From the NCBI GenBank assembly GCA_049511715.1, contig JBEKXU010000007.1:94592-158591 (forward strand): a stretch of DNA of 64,000 nt. Reading direction: 5' to 3'. Below the pieces are notes generated by a model. That model did no database searches, had not been told where the DNA came from, and worked only from the letters and a program-made list of their open reading frames with translations. A program made the position numbers and the translations under genes. Source of the DNA: Anaerolineales bacterium (GTDB lineage: Bacteria > Chloroflexota > Anaerolineae > Anaerolineales > RBG-16-64-43). Each line of letters starts with the position of its first letter. Within the stretch, counting starts at the first letter, position 1. This document shows positions 50,441-60,427 of this stretch, one piece after another.

Positions 50441-51847
50441 ATGGATTACTCGCGGTTGAGGGTCGTCATTCTGGGGTTGGCGCGCCAGGGCACAGCACTC
50501 GCGCGTTATCTCGCGGCCCAGGGAGCTCACGTGGTTGTCAGTGACCTCAAGTCGGCGGAGAGCCTGGGGGAGCGCCTCGAGGCGCTGCGGGGCCTCAACC
50601 TGGAATTTATCCTGGGAGGCCATCCCCTGCAGGTTCTGGACGGGGCCGACATGCTCTTCCTGTCCGGCGGCGTTCCGGGCGACCTGCCCCTTGTGGTGGA
50701 GGCCCGCAGAAGAGGGATTCCCATCTCCAACGATTCTCAAGTGTTCCTGGAAGCTTGTCCCGCTCGAACGATCGGCATCACGGGCTCGGCCGGCAAGACA
50801 ACGACCACCGCATTGGTAGCGGAGATTGCCCGGGCCAGCACCGCCTTCGCGAAGCCTGCCGCAGTGTGGATGGGAGGCAACGTCGGCAACCCGTTGATTG
50901 CGGAGCTCGAGCAGGTCCGGCCTGGGGACCTGGTGGTCATGGAACTGTCGAGCTTTCAATTGGAGTGGATGACGCGCAGCCCGAACATCGCGGCGATCCT
51001 GAATCTGACCCCCAACCACCTGGACCGGCATGGGACCATGGCGGCCTACCGGGAGGCCAAAGCCAGGATCCTGCAGGCCCAAGGCCTGCAGGATTGGGCC
51101 GTTCTGGGCTGGGACAGCCCCGAGGCGCGAGGTCTCTTGGAGCGAGCTCAGGGAAGGAGCGCCTTCTTCAGCCTCGACTCGCACGCGGCCCAGGATTGGA
51201 TCGACGGTTCTTTTCTCGAGGAGGGCTGGATTGTGGTTCGTCGGGCTCGCCGCGACGCTCGGGTGCTGCCCTCGCGCGAGATCCGGCTGCGGGGCCGCCA
51301 TAACCTGGCGAACGTCGTGGCCGCCTGCCTGCTGGCGAGTCTGGCCGGGGTCCCAGCCCAGGAGATGGGGGAGGCCATCCGACGCTTTCCCGGAGTTCCC
51401 CATCGCCTGGAGTTTGTCGGCCGCATTCAGGGGGCGGACTGGTACAACGACTCGATCGCCACTGCACCAGAACGAGCCATCGCCGCCATCGAATCCTTTT
51501 CCGAGCCGTTGGTGCTGCTGGCCGGCGGAAGGGACAAGAAACTCCCTTGGGAGGACTGGGCCCTCCGGGTTCGGTCCCGAGTGGACCATCTCATCCTTTT
51601 CGGCGAGTCTGCCGCGCTGCTCGAGTCGGCTCTTACCTCCACCCCCAATCTGGGACGCCCCATGACCGTCACCCGTTGCGCCGGCCTGGAGGAGGCGGTC
51701 AGGGCGGCGGCGAAGGTTGCCCGGCCCGGATCGGTCGTCCTTTTGGCCCCGGGGGGGACCAGCTTTGACGAGTTTCATGACTTCGAAGAACGGGGGGAGC
51801 GCTTTCGAGAGTGGGTGAAGCAACTCCAGCAGGAGGCTGGCGAATGA
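50441..51847 (+). CDS. murD: UDP-MurNAc-L-Ala--D-Glu ligase
   Basis: GITGSAGKTTT, ELSSFQL, N.TPNHLDRH, HRLE, NDSIAT, F..FEERG. Confidence 0.97.
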   Translation: MDYSRLRVVILGLARQGTALARYLAAQGAHVVVSDLKSAESLGERLEALRGLNLEFILGGHPLQVLDGADMLFLSGGVPGDLPLVVEARRRGIPISNDSQVFLEACPARTIGITGSAGKTTTTALVAEIARASTAFAKPAAVWMGGNVGNPLIAELEQVRPGDLVVMELSSFQLEWMTRSPNIAAILNLTPNHLDRHGTMAAYREAKARILQAQGLQDWAVLGWDSPEARGLLERAQGRSAFFSLDSHAAQDWIDGSFLEEGWIVVRRARRDARVLPSREIRLRGRHNLANVVAACLLASLAGVPAQEMGEAIRRFPGVPHRLEFVGRIQGADWYNDSIATAPERAIAAIESFSEPLVLLAGGRDKKLPWEDWALRVRSRVDHLILFGESAALLESALTSTPNLGRPMTVTRCAGLEEAVRAAAKVARPGSVVLLAPGGTSFDEFHDFEERGERFREWVKQLQQEAGE

Positions 51848-53064
51848 TGAACTCTGGTCCGGGGGCCCGAATGCGCGGGTCCGACATCGGGTTCGACCCC
51901 GTGTATCTCTTGCTGGTGCTGACGCTCCTGGTGTTTGGATTGATTGTCGATGCCTCCAGCAGCTGGGGGGCCTCCTATGAGCTTTCTCCCAATCAGTCCA
52001 TCTGGTACCTTTTCTCGCACCAGCTGGCCTGGGCGGCTTTGGGCCTGGTGCTTTTGTTTGTCACCTTCCGGCTGGATTACCACCGCTGGCAGCGCTTGGC
52101 CGTCCCGGTAGGATTGGTTACGGTCGTGCTGTTGATCGCCGTAGTGGTCGTCAACTGGAACGGCTCTGCCCGGCGAGGTCTTGTGCAGGAGTCAATCCAG
52201 GGTTCCGAAGTGGCCAAGTTTGCCACGGTGGTCTACCTGGGGGTCTGGCTGGTCTCCAAAGCCAAGGTTCTCCGCAACCCGTCTCTGGGTCTCATTCCCT
52301 TTGCGCTCCTGATCGGATTGTTTGCGGGCCTGATTTTGCTCGAGCCGGACCTGAGCGCGGCCGCCACGATCGTCGTCATCGGAATGGCAATGTTCTTTTT
52401 CGGCGGAGGTAGCTACCGGGACGTGGCCGTGGCCACGGTCGTCATGGTCGCCGGAGGCCTCCTCTTGGCGATGCTTGTTCGTCCCGCCCGCATCGAGCAG
52501 TATCTGGCGGGATGGAAGGATATCCGTGAGGCCAACCTGCAGGTCATTGAAGCATTGTCGGCGGTGTCGCGGGGAGGCTTGCTGGGGGTCGGGCCGGGGG
52601 CCGGTGAGTTCAAGTATTTTTCCCTTCCGGCGGCGCATACGGACAGCGTCTTTGCGGTGATCTCAGAGGAACTGGGTTTTGTGGGGGATCTGATTGTCCT
52701 GGCCCTCTTTGCCGCATTGTCGTTCCGAGGATTTCAGATCGCCCTGCGAGCGCCCGACTCCCTGGGCTTGCTCTTCGCCGCAGGATTCACGACTTGGATT
52801 GCCGCCGAGGCCCTGGTCAATGTCTTGACCATCCTGGCCTTGTTGCCTTTAGTGGGGAACCCGCTTCCCTTCTTTAGCTACGGTGGGTCCAACCTGGTCA
52901 TGACTCTGGCGGCTACAGGCATCGTACTGAACGTGTCGCGCACCAGCCATGCTCGTGGGAAAGAAGAGATGACCCATGCGGGGGCTGATCAGCGCTGGTG
53001 GAACGGGCGGGGGGATCTTTCCCGCGCTAGCGGTAGTCCAAACTCTTCGCCGAAACGACCCTGA
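51844..53064 (+). CDS. ftsW: SEDS peptidoglycan polymerase
   Basis: Multi-TM; IQGSEVAK, EPDLS, LPAAHTDSVF.VI.EELG, LPFFSYGGS. Confidence 0.93.
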   Translation: MMNSGPGARMRGSDIGFDPVYLLLVLTLLVFGLIVDASSSWGASYELSPNQSIWYLFSHQLAWAALGLVLLFVTFRLDYHRWQRLAVPVGLVTVVLLIAVVVVNWNGSARRGLVQESIQGSEVAKFATVVYLGVWLVSKAKVLRNPSLGLIPFALLIGLFAGLILLEPDLSAAATIVVIGMAMFFFGGGSYRDVAVATVVMVAGGLLLAMLVRPARIEQYLAGWKDIREANLQVIEALSAVSRGGLLGVGPGAGEFKYFSLPAAHTDSVFAVISEELGFVGDLIVLALFAALSFRGFQIALRAPDSLGLLFAAGFTTWIAAEALVNVLTILALLPLVGNPLPFFSYGGSNLVMTLAATGIVLNVSRTSHARGKEEMTHAGADQRWWNGRGDLSRASGSPNSSPKRP

Positions 53065-54088
53065 GGCGCAAATCCTCTGGATCGGAGGAGAAGGGGGCAT
53101 GGAAGCGGACATCGTGCCTCGCTACCAGATCGCCTACCACTCCATTCCGGCGGCGGGGTTGCACGGTGTCGGCCTGGGCCGAATGCTGCCGAACGGCCTC
53201 AGCTTGGCGCGCGGGTTTCTTCGATCGCTCGCGGTGGTGCGGGACTTTCGCCCCCAGGTCCTTTTGGTCACCGGCGGGTACGTGGCCGTCCCGGCCGCCT
53301 TGGCCAGCTGGGTGAACCGTGTGCCCATCCTGGCCTTCCTTCCGGACCTCCAGCCCGCCTTGGCCATGCGGTTCACCGCCCGGCTGGCACAGCGAGTGGC
53401 GCTCTCGGCGGCGGAAAGCCGGGCTTGGTTTGCGCGCAGTACCGATACGGTGGTCACGGGCTACCCTCTGCGCCAAGAACTGATGGCAGCGGAGCGGGAA
53501 GAGGCCCGGCGACATTTTGGGATTGAAGGCCAGGGGTTCGTGCTGCTGATCCTGGGCGGCAGCCGCGGGGCCAGGCCAATCAACCGGGGTGTGGAAGCCG
53601 CATTGGCGGATTTGCTCGAGCATCTGGAAGTCATTCACATCACCGGGAGTTCAGATTGGGAACAGGTCTGCCAGGTGGCTGGCAACCTCCCCCCCGATCT
53701 GCGAGCCAGGCATCATGCCTTCCCGTTCTTGTACGAGGAAATGGGCTTGGCTCTGGCCGCAGGCGACTTGGCCGTATCTCGGGCTGGGGCTTCGATCTTG
53801 GGAGAGTACCCGCATTTCCTGCTCCCCTCCATATTGGTGCCGTATCCGCATGCGGGGCGCTACCAGGAGGAAAACGCAGATTACTTGGTCCGCCGGGGCG
53901 GAGCGATCAAGTTGGCCGAGCGGGATCTGGGGGCCAGACTGAAGACGACCATCCTGGAGCTCGAGAGGGATCGAGATCGTCTGGCCCGGATGCAGCGAGC
54001 GCTGCGCGCGATCCGCGTCGAGGATGGGTCGGCCCGGCTGGCGCAGGAATTCGTTCGCTTGGCCAAAGATAAGGGCCAGAAAGAATGA
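52976..54088 (+). CDS. murG: Lipid II GlcNAc transferase
   Basis: GGTGGGIFPALA, GGYV, GGSRGA, SRAGAS, Q..NA. Confidence 0.95.
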   Translation: MRGLISAGGTGGGIFPALAVVQTLRRNDPEAQILWIGGEGGMEADIVPRYQIAYHSIPAAGLHGVGLGRMLPNGLSLARGFLRSLAVVRDFRPQVLLVTGGYVAVPAALASWVNRVPILAFLPDLQPALAMRFTARLAQRVALSAAESRAWFARSTDTVVTGYPLRQELMAAEREEARRHFGIEGQGFVLLILGGSRGARPINRGVEAALADLLEHLEVIHITGSSDWEQVCQVAGNLPPDLRARHHAFPFLYEEMGLALAAGDLAVSRAGASILGEYPHFLLPSILVPYPHAGRYQEENADYLVRRGGAIKLAERDLGARLKTTILELERDRDRLARMQRALRAIRVEDGSARLAQEFVRLAKDKGQKE

Positions 54089-54606
54089 CCATTGCGCTGG
54101 TCTTCTGGTTGCTGGTCTTCGTCTTCGCGCTGATCGGCTCGTTGCGCGGTTGGGCCAAGGAATTGCTGGTGAGTTTCAGCATGGTGATTGCTCTGTTCAT
54201 CAACCTGCTTCTGAACAAATACGCGACGGGGATTCTGTCCACCTTGAGCACGGATACCCTCTTTTGGGTGAGGGCGGGTCTTGTGGGATTGATGGCCTAT
54301 CTTGGATACCTCGCCCCGAAGGTGCCTTGGGTGCCGGAAAACCGCTTTCTGCGCGAGCACGTGCAGGACGGGCTTCTGGGATTCGTCCTGGGCGCGGTCA
54401 ACGGGGCCCTGGTCTTTGGCAGCATTTGGTACTTCCTGCACATGGCAGGATATCCCTTTCCAGGATTGGAATTCGCGCGCCAGACTGCGCAGAACCCGCA
54501 GATCGTCACCATGATGCGCTACATGCCCCCTGTCCTGCTGGGGGAGACTTGGCTTCTGGTCGTCGTTGCCGTCGTTTCCGTCTTTGTGATTGTCGTATTT
54601 GTGTGA
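54085..54606 (+). CDS. CvpA (colicin V production)-family membrane protein
   Basis: G..RG..KE start motif and LG..LG..NG motif; several TM helices. Confidence 0.7.
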   Translation: MTIALVFWLLVFVFALIGSLRGWAKELLVSFSMVIALFINLLLNKYATGILSTLSTDTLFWVRAGLVGLMAYLGYLAPKVPWVPENRFLREHVQDGLLGFVLGAVNGALVFGSIWYFLHMAGYPFPGLEFARQTAQNPQIVTMMRYMPPVLLGETWLLVVVAVVSVFVIVVFV

Positions 54607-54610
54607 GCCC

Positions 54611-56050
54611 ATGCATTATCACTTGGTAGGGATCGGTGGGTCGGGCCTTTCGGCCATAGCCCAGGTCTTGCTGGAGCGGGGCCATGAGGTCAGCGGTTCT
54701 GACCAGATGGAATCTTTGACGCTCGGCAGCCTGAGGGAGTTGGGGGCCACCGTGGCTTTGGGGCACTCTGCGGATCACCTCAAGGGGGCACAAGCCGTGT
54801 TAGTTTCTTCGGCCATTCGACCGGAGAATCCCGAGGTCCAGGCGGCGCGCCGGGCCGGCCTGCCCGTCTACAAGCGGTCGGAATTCCTGGGGGAGCTGAC
54901 CAGGGGGTTCCAGACCATTGCCATCTCGGGCACCCACGGCAAGACGACAACCACCGGGCTGATCGCCTTCTTATTGGCCGAGGCCGGCCTCGACCCGTCC
55001 TTTATTGTGGGCGGAACGCTGCAAGATTTTGGCGGCGCCAGCGGACACGCCGGACGGGGGCGTTACTTTGTGATTGAAGCGGACGAGTACGATCGCACTT
55101 TTTTGGGCCTGGATCCGGAAATCGGGGTCGTCACCAATGTGGAACACGATCACCCGGACTGCTATCCCACTCTGGCTGAGGTCCTGGCCGCCTTTCACGA
55201 ATTTCTGGCGCGCATTCCGGACAAGGGCTGGGTGGTTCCCTGTGCCGATGCGCCAGCCGCGCTCCAGGCCGCGGCTGGGGTCTCAGCCCATGTCCGCACC
55301 TACGGCATGGACGCTTCGGGTGCGGACTGGGTTGCCCTTCACTGGCAGGCGCAGGCGGAAAAAGGAAGCCAGTTCCTGGTGGCGCGGAAAGACGGAGGCG
55401 ACCGGCCCCGCATTCTGGGGCAAGTCACGACGCAGCTTCTCGGCCTGCACAACGTTCGAAACTGTCTGGCTGCCCTGTGCGTCTCGGACTTGTGCGGGGT
55501 GCCGTTTGAAACGGCCGCCGCGGCGGCAAGGAAGTTCCAGGGAGCGAGGCGACGCTTCGAGGTCATCGGTGAGACGGGGGGGGTGCTGGTCGTGGACGAC
55601 TACGCCCATCATCCCAGTGAGATCCGCGCGACCCTGGCCGCCGCCCGGCAACACTATCCCGAAAGGCGGATCTGGGCTGTCTGGGAGCCTCACACCTTTT
55701 CGCGGACCCGCGCCCTCGAGGAGGAATTTGTCAGGTCTTTCCAGGACGCGGACCAAATCGTCGTGTTGCCGGTCTTCCGCTCTCGCGAGCCGGAAGACGC
55801 CGGCTATTCCTCCCGCGGGATCGCCTCCCGGATTGGCGAAAGAGCGGCCTATGCGGAAGGAGTCGAAAGCGCGACCGAATGGATCGCGTCGCGGGCCCGT
55901 TCCGGCGACCTTGTGATCACCCTAAGCGCAGGCCAAGGGAACCGGGTTGGGACGCTACTGAAGGACCGCTTGTCGTCGGCAGGGGGAAGCCCTGGGCCCG
56001 TTCCTGGGGCTCCCGAAGCAACGCCCCACGGCACAGGGGAGGCGGCATGA
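54611..56050 (+). CDS. murC: UDP-MurNAc--L-Ala ligase
   Basis: HLVGIGGSGLS, GTHGKTTT, EADEYD, DDYAHHPSEI, PHTFSRT. Confidence 0.97.
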   Translation: MHYHLVGIGGSGLSAIAQVLLERGHEVSGSDQMESLTLGSLRELGATVALGHSADHLKGAQAVLVSSAIRPENPEVQAARRAGLPVYKRSEFLGELTRGFQTIAISGTHGKTTTTGLIAFLLAEAGLDPSFIVGGTLQDFGGASGHAGRGRYFVIEADEYDRTFLGLDPEIGVVTNVEHDHPDCYPTLAEVLAAFHEFLARIPDKGWVVPCADAPAALQAAAGVSAHVRTYGMDASGADWVALHWQAQAEKGSQFLVARKDGGDRPRILGQVTTQLLGLHNVRNCLAALCVSDLCGVPFETAAAAARKFQGARRRFEVIGETGGVLVVDDYAHHPSEIRATLAAARQHYPERRIWAVWEPHTFSRTRALEEEFVRSFQDADQIVVLPVFRSREPEDAGYSSRGIASRIGERAAYAEGVESATEWIASRARSGDLVITLSAGQGNRVGTLLKDRLSSAGGSPGPVPGAPEATPHGTGEAA

Positions 56051-57039
56051 GTCTTGCCCGCGCTGCCGAACTGCGGCAGGCCTTCGGCCCGGGCCTGCGG
56101 CTGGATGTTCCGCTGGCGCGATACACCACCTCGCGAATTGGAGGAAACGCGGACGGCCTTATCGAGGTGAGATCCGCTGCGGATCTTGCCGACACGGTCC
56201 GCAAGCTGTGGGCCATGGGGCAAGCCTACCTGGTCTTGGGGGCCGGATCCAACGTCTTGGTCTCCGACCAGGGTTGCCGTGAAATCGTGCTGATCAACCG
56301 GGCCAAGAGGGTCACGTTCGGGTCAACCAGCGACCAATTTCCACTCGTGCGCTGTGAGTCGGGAGCAGCACTGGGACTCGTGGCGCGGCAGACTGTCCAG
56401 AGAGGATGGTCAGGTTTGGAATGGGCGGTGGGTGTGCCTGGGACCGTGGGGGGCGCGATCGTCGGAAATGCCGGGGCTTCAGACGGTGACATCGCCAGTT
56501 CCCTATATTTGGCCGAAATCTTGCAACATCAGGTCCTGGGAAAAGCGGGCAAGGGGGAAAGTGGGCCTCTGAACGCCTCCATTGCCCGCTTGTCCCCGGT
56601 CGAACTGGAACTGGCCTACCGCTCAAGCCGCCTGAAGCGGGAACGGGGGTGGGGGGTCGTCCTCGGGGCTGAGTTTCGGCTCCAGCCAGTGGATCGGGCG
56701 GAACTCCGCCGGCGGACTGAGATCTACGTGGTGCAGCGCAGGAGAAGTCAGCCCCCCGGGGCCAGCATGGGATCGATGTTCAAGAATCCCGCGGGGGACT
56801 TCGCGGGAAGGTTGATTGAAGCGGCTGGGCTGAAGGGAAAGCGCCTGGGAGGTGTGGAAATCTCCCCCACCCATGCGAATTTTTTTGTCAACCTGGGAGG
56901 GGGCAAAGCAGAAGACGTCCTGCGGCTGATGGAGGAAACCCAGGCCGAGGTCCGCAGGAATTCCGGAATCGAACTGGAGCCCGAAATCGAGTATGTGGGG
57001 GCCTGGGAATCCCGTCCGTTCGGGGGCGCTCGTGGCTAA
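56047..57039 (+). CDS. murB: UDP-N-acetylenolpyruvoylglucosamine reductase
   Basis: T..RIGG.A, G.GSNVLV.D, PGTVGGA..GNAGA, GSMFKNP, HANF.VN, LE.EI. Confidence 0.96.
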   Translation: MSLARAAELRQAFGPGLRLDVPLARYTTSRIGGNADGLIEVRSAADLADTVRKLWAMGQAYLVLGAGSNVLVSDQGCREIVLINRAKRVTFGSTSDQFPLVRCESGAALGLVARQTVQRGWSGLEWAVGVPGTVGGAIVGNAGASDGDIASSLYLAEILQHQVLGKAGKGESGPLNASIARLSPVELELAYRSSRLKRERGWGVVLGAEFRLQPVDRAELRRRTEIYVVQRRRSQPPGASMGSMFKNPAGDFAGRLIEAAGLKGKRLGGVEISPTHANFFVNLGGGKAEDVLRLMEETQAEVRRNSGIELEPEIEYVGAWESRPFGGARG

Positions 57040-58150
57040 GTTGCGAGTGGCATTGATCTGCGGCGGGAGATCCGGGGAACATGAGGTCTCGCTCATGTCG
57101 GCGCGGTCCATCCTGTCCCAGCTGGATCGATCCAAGTACGAAGTGGTCGAAGTGGGAATCACCAAGCAGGGGCACTGGATCGTCGGATCGGGGATCGTGG
57201 ATCTTCTGGAAAGAGGGACCAAGGCCAAGCGGGCGGCCCTCCTGGCTGAGCCGGGCCCGGCTCGGATCTGGGCCTTCGAGGAAACCCCGAGCGCGGAGAC
57301 CCTGCGGCTCGACCTGTGGCAGCAAGTCGACGTGGTCTTTCCGGTGTTGCACGGAACCTTTGGAGAGGACGGAACGTTGCAAGGGCTCTTGGAAATGGCG
57401 GACATCCCGTATGTGGGGGCGGGAGTCCTGGCCTCTTCGGTAGCCATGGACAAGGGGCTTTTCAAGGACTTGATGCGCGCACATGCGATCCCTCAGCCCG
57501 AGTACGCCATCTGCCTGCGAAGCGAGGTGGAGGCGAATATTGGCGAAGTGATCCAGCGCGCCGAAGCGCTGGCCGACTACCCGCTTTTCACCAAGCCGGC
57601 TAATTTGGGATCTTCGGTCGGGATCACCAAGTGCTCCTCTCGGTCGGATCTGGTGGAAGGGCTGCAGGAGGCGGCCCGCTATGATCGTCGCATTGTGATT
57701 GAGCGGGGGGTGGATGCGCGGGAAATTGAGGACAGCGTGCTCGGCAACGATGAATTGAGAGCCTCGCTGCCTGGGGAGGTGATCCCCAGCCGAGAGTTCT
57801 ACTCCTACGAGGCCAAGTACGTGGATGGAACCTCCCGGCTTCTTTTGCCTGCTCCGCTCTCTGAGGCCAAGAGTCGGGAAGTTCAGGAATTGGCTGTTCG
57901 CGCTTGCCAAGCGATTGACTGCGCGGGCATGGCCCGGGTGGACTTCCTCTTGGAGCGAAAAGAGGAGCGCGTTCTCGTCAACGAGGTCAACACCATTCCG
58001 GGGTTCACGCAGATCAGCATGTATCCAAAGCTGTGGGAGGTTAGCGGCATCCCCTATCCCCGGCTCCTGGACAAGCTGATCGAACTGGCCTTGCAGAGGC
58101 AGGCGGACAAATCCAAGAACGAGCACTCCTATGAGGTTCCGAGGGGATAG
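57032..58150 (+). CDS. ddl: D-alanine--D-alanine ligase
   Basis: GGRSGEHEVS, LHG..GEDG..QG, GSSVG, FYSYEAKY, NEVNTIPGFT. Confidence 0.97.
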   Translation: MAKLRVALICGGRSGEHEVSLMSARSILSQLDRSKYEVVEVGITKQGHWIVGSGIVDLLERGTKAKRAALLAEPGPARIWAFEETPSAETLRLDLWQQVDVVFPVLHGTFGEDGTLQGLLEMADIPYVGAGVLASSVAMDKGLFKDLMRAHAIPQPEYAICLRSEVEANIGEVIQRAEALADYPLFTKPANLGSSVGITKCSSRSDLVEGLQEAARYDRRIVIERGVDAREIEDSVLGNDELRASLPGEVIPSREFYSYEAKYVDGTSRLLLPAPLSEAKSREVQELAVRACQAIDCAGMARVDFLLERKEERVLVNEVNTIPGFTQISMYPKLWEVSGIPYPRLLDKLIELALQRQADKSKNEHSYEVPRG

Positions 58151-58167
58151 GGGGGTGAGGTCGCGAC

Positions 58168-59082
58168 ATGGGCTGGCTGGCGTCCGGGCAAGTGAAGGCA
58201 AGCCGTGCGGACCAAATCCGACGGCGGAGGAAGGCCAAGGCGAGGCCGGTCGCTTTGTCCCGCTCCGCGCCCCAGCCGCGCCGGGTATGGGAACCGAAGC
58301 GCCGCAAGGCAGCGCCGCGCGCCAGGCGGCGTTATGACATCGCCGTCGGAGCACCGAACGTTGAGGTCCAGCTCCCCTCGATTCCGATCACCTTCAGTGC
58401 GCGGTCGCTGGGGGTTCTTCTGGCAATGGGATTGGGAGGGCTGTTGCTGTTTCTGCTGATGGCTTCCTCCTTCGAGGCGGGAATCCCGCAGATCCGGGGG
58501 AACAGCCTTCTCTCGTCGGAGGTCATCGCCTCCGCCTCGGGGGTGCAGGGGCGGAACGTGTTCCTGCTTTCGCCTTCGAAGGTTTCGGTTCAACTGGTGC
58601 GCAGTTTGCCCGGGGTGAAGAAGGCCGTCGTGTCCGTATTGTGGCCGAATCACGTTCAGGTGACCGTTCAGGAACGAGCTCCGATCCTGGACTGGACGCA
58701 GGGCGGCCAGGAGTTCTGGGTAGATGCCCAGGGGGTTTTCTTTCCTGTGGCCAAGCCTCTGGAGGGATTGGTTCGAGTGGAGGCGCCGGAAAACGGTCCC
58801 TCAATCCCGGTGGACGGTCAGCCGGTCATTTCCCCTGAGGTGGTTCAGGGAGCCCTTCAATTGATGGTGGCTCTGCCGCAGGCAGGGCATGTCGTTTACG
58901 ACCAGCAGCGAGGGCTGGGCATCGTCGATCCACGTGGGTGGCCTGTGTATTTCGGCGATGCCACCGACCTGGCGGCAAAGGCGGATCTGTATCAGCGGGT
59001 CGTCAGCGATCTTCTGTCAAAGGGAATTCGGCCCAAGCTGGTGAGCGTGGAGAATCCGGAGCAGCCCTACTACATGCCCTAG
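58168..59082 (+). CDS. ftsQ: Cell division protein FtsQ/DivIB
   Basis: Basic N-terminal tail, single TM, POTRA domain (GN..LS...WPN.V.V.V.ER.P); located before ftsA. Confidence 0.85.
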   Translation: MGWLASGQVKASRADQIRRRRKAKARPVALSRSAPQPRRVWEPKRRKAAPRARRRYDIAVGAPNVEVQLPSIPITFSARSLGVLLAMGLGGLLLFLLMASSFEAGIPQIRGNSLLSSEVIASASGVQGRNVFLLSPSKVSVQLVRSLPGVKKAVVSVLWPNHVQVTVQERAPILDWTQGGQEFWVDAQGVFFPVAKPLEGLVRVEAPENGPSIPVDGQPVISPEVVQGALQLMVALPQAGHVVYDQQRGLGIVDPRGWPVYFGDATDLAAKADLYQRVVSDLLSKGIRPKLVSVENPEQPYYMP

Positions 59083-59108
59083 GGTCGAGCGCCGGCACAG
59101 GATGGAAC

Positions 59109-60350
59109 GTGACAGCCAACCTCTATACAGGCATTGATGTTGGAACCACAAAGATCTGCACCCTGGTCGCCCAGGAGATGGGCGATGGCATCCCGCAAAT
59201 CATCGGGGTCGGCATCGAGCCGTCCCGCGGCCTGCGCAAAGGGGTCGTGGTCAACGTGGAAGAGGCGGCCCGGGCCATTGCCGCCTCCGTGGAAAAGGCC
59301 CAGCGCACGGCGGGGTACGAAATCGCCTCCGCCGTCGTCAGCCTGGCCGGCGCCCAGGTTTCCTCGATCAACAGCCGCGGGGTTGTGGGAGTGGCCGGGG
59401 AGGTGATCACGGGCGAGGACGTCGAAAGGGCCAACGAGGCCGCTCGGGCCATCGCCGTGCCTTACGACCGGCAGGTCGTTCACGTCATTCCACGCGGCTA
59501 CGTGGTGGATGGGCAAGAGGGGATTCGCAGCCCGGTGGGAATGCACGGCTTCCGTCTCGAGGTTGAGACCCACATCATCACGGCCGCCACCACGGCTTTG
59601 CAGAACCTGGCGCAATGCGTGCAGGCCTGCGGCGTCGAGGTGGAAGGATTTGTCCTCAACCCTCTGGCTTCCGCCGAGGCCGTCCTGCAGGACACGGAGC
59701 GAGACATGGGCGTGGGAGTTTGCGATATCGGCGGCGGGACCACCGACCTGGCCCTCTTCCACGAGGGCACGGTCAGCCACACCGCGGTGCTGCCGGTCGG
59801 CGGGAATCACGTGACGGCGGACATCGCCCATGGGCTGCGCATGCCAACCGAGGTCGCCGAGACCATCAAGCTGACGCATGGGCACAGCCTGCCGGGTGAA
59901 ATTCAAGCCGGTGAGAGTTTCCTCGTCCGGCCGTTCGGAGAAGAGGCACCGGTTGAAATCCAGCGGGCGGACTTGGTGGCGATCATCCAGGCTCGCATGG
60001 AAGAAGTCTTCTCGCTGGTCCTCCAGGAAATCGAGAGGGTTGGGGCCCTGAACTTCTTGCCTGCCGGGATCGTCCTCACGGGGGGAGGCAGCCGCCTTCC
60101 CGGCGTGCGGCGCTTGGCCAGCGAAGTCCTCAGCCTTCCTGTACGGGTGGCCGGGCCGTCTCAGCTTCGTGGGTTGGTGGATCAGCTCAACAGCCCCGCC
60201 TTTTCCACGAGTGTGGGGCTTCTCCTTTGGTTGCAAGACGAGACCCGAGCCGAGGTGAGCTCTGCGCCCTCGGGCCGGCGGCGGCCGCGTCAGGGCCCCG
60301 CCCTGGACTGGACCAAAGTTCGCGAGTTCCTGCGGCGCCTCGCGCCTTGA
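59109..60350 (+). CDS. ftsA: Cell division protein FtsA
   Basis: [33 protein letters not shown]. Confidence 0.97.
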   Translation: MTANLYTGIDVGTTKICTLVAQEMGDGIPQIIGVGIEPSRGLRKGVVVNVEEAARAIAASVEKAQRTAGYEIASAVVSLAGAQVSSINSRGVVGVAGEVITGEDVERANEAARAIAVPYDRQVVHVIPRGYVVDGQEGIRSPVGMHGFRLEVETHIITAATTALQNLAQCVQACGVEVEGFVLNPLASAEAVLQDTERDMGVGVCDIGGGTTDLALFHEGTVSHTAVLPVGGNHVTADIAHGLRMPTEVAETIKLTHGHSLPGEIQAGESFLVRPFGEEAPVEIQRADLVAIIQARMEEVFSLVLQEIERVGALNFLPAGIVLTGGGSRLPGVRRLASEVLSLPVRVAGPSQLRGLVDQLNSPAFSTSVGLLLWLQDETRAEVSSAPSGRRRPRQGPALDWTKVREFLRRLAP

Positions 60351-60427
60351 GCAGGGTCGATCGGAGAGGATCGTTAAGGATGAGACCGCCGCGTCGTTGC
60401 TATCCCAGAAACGCAAGAGGAGGAGAC

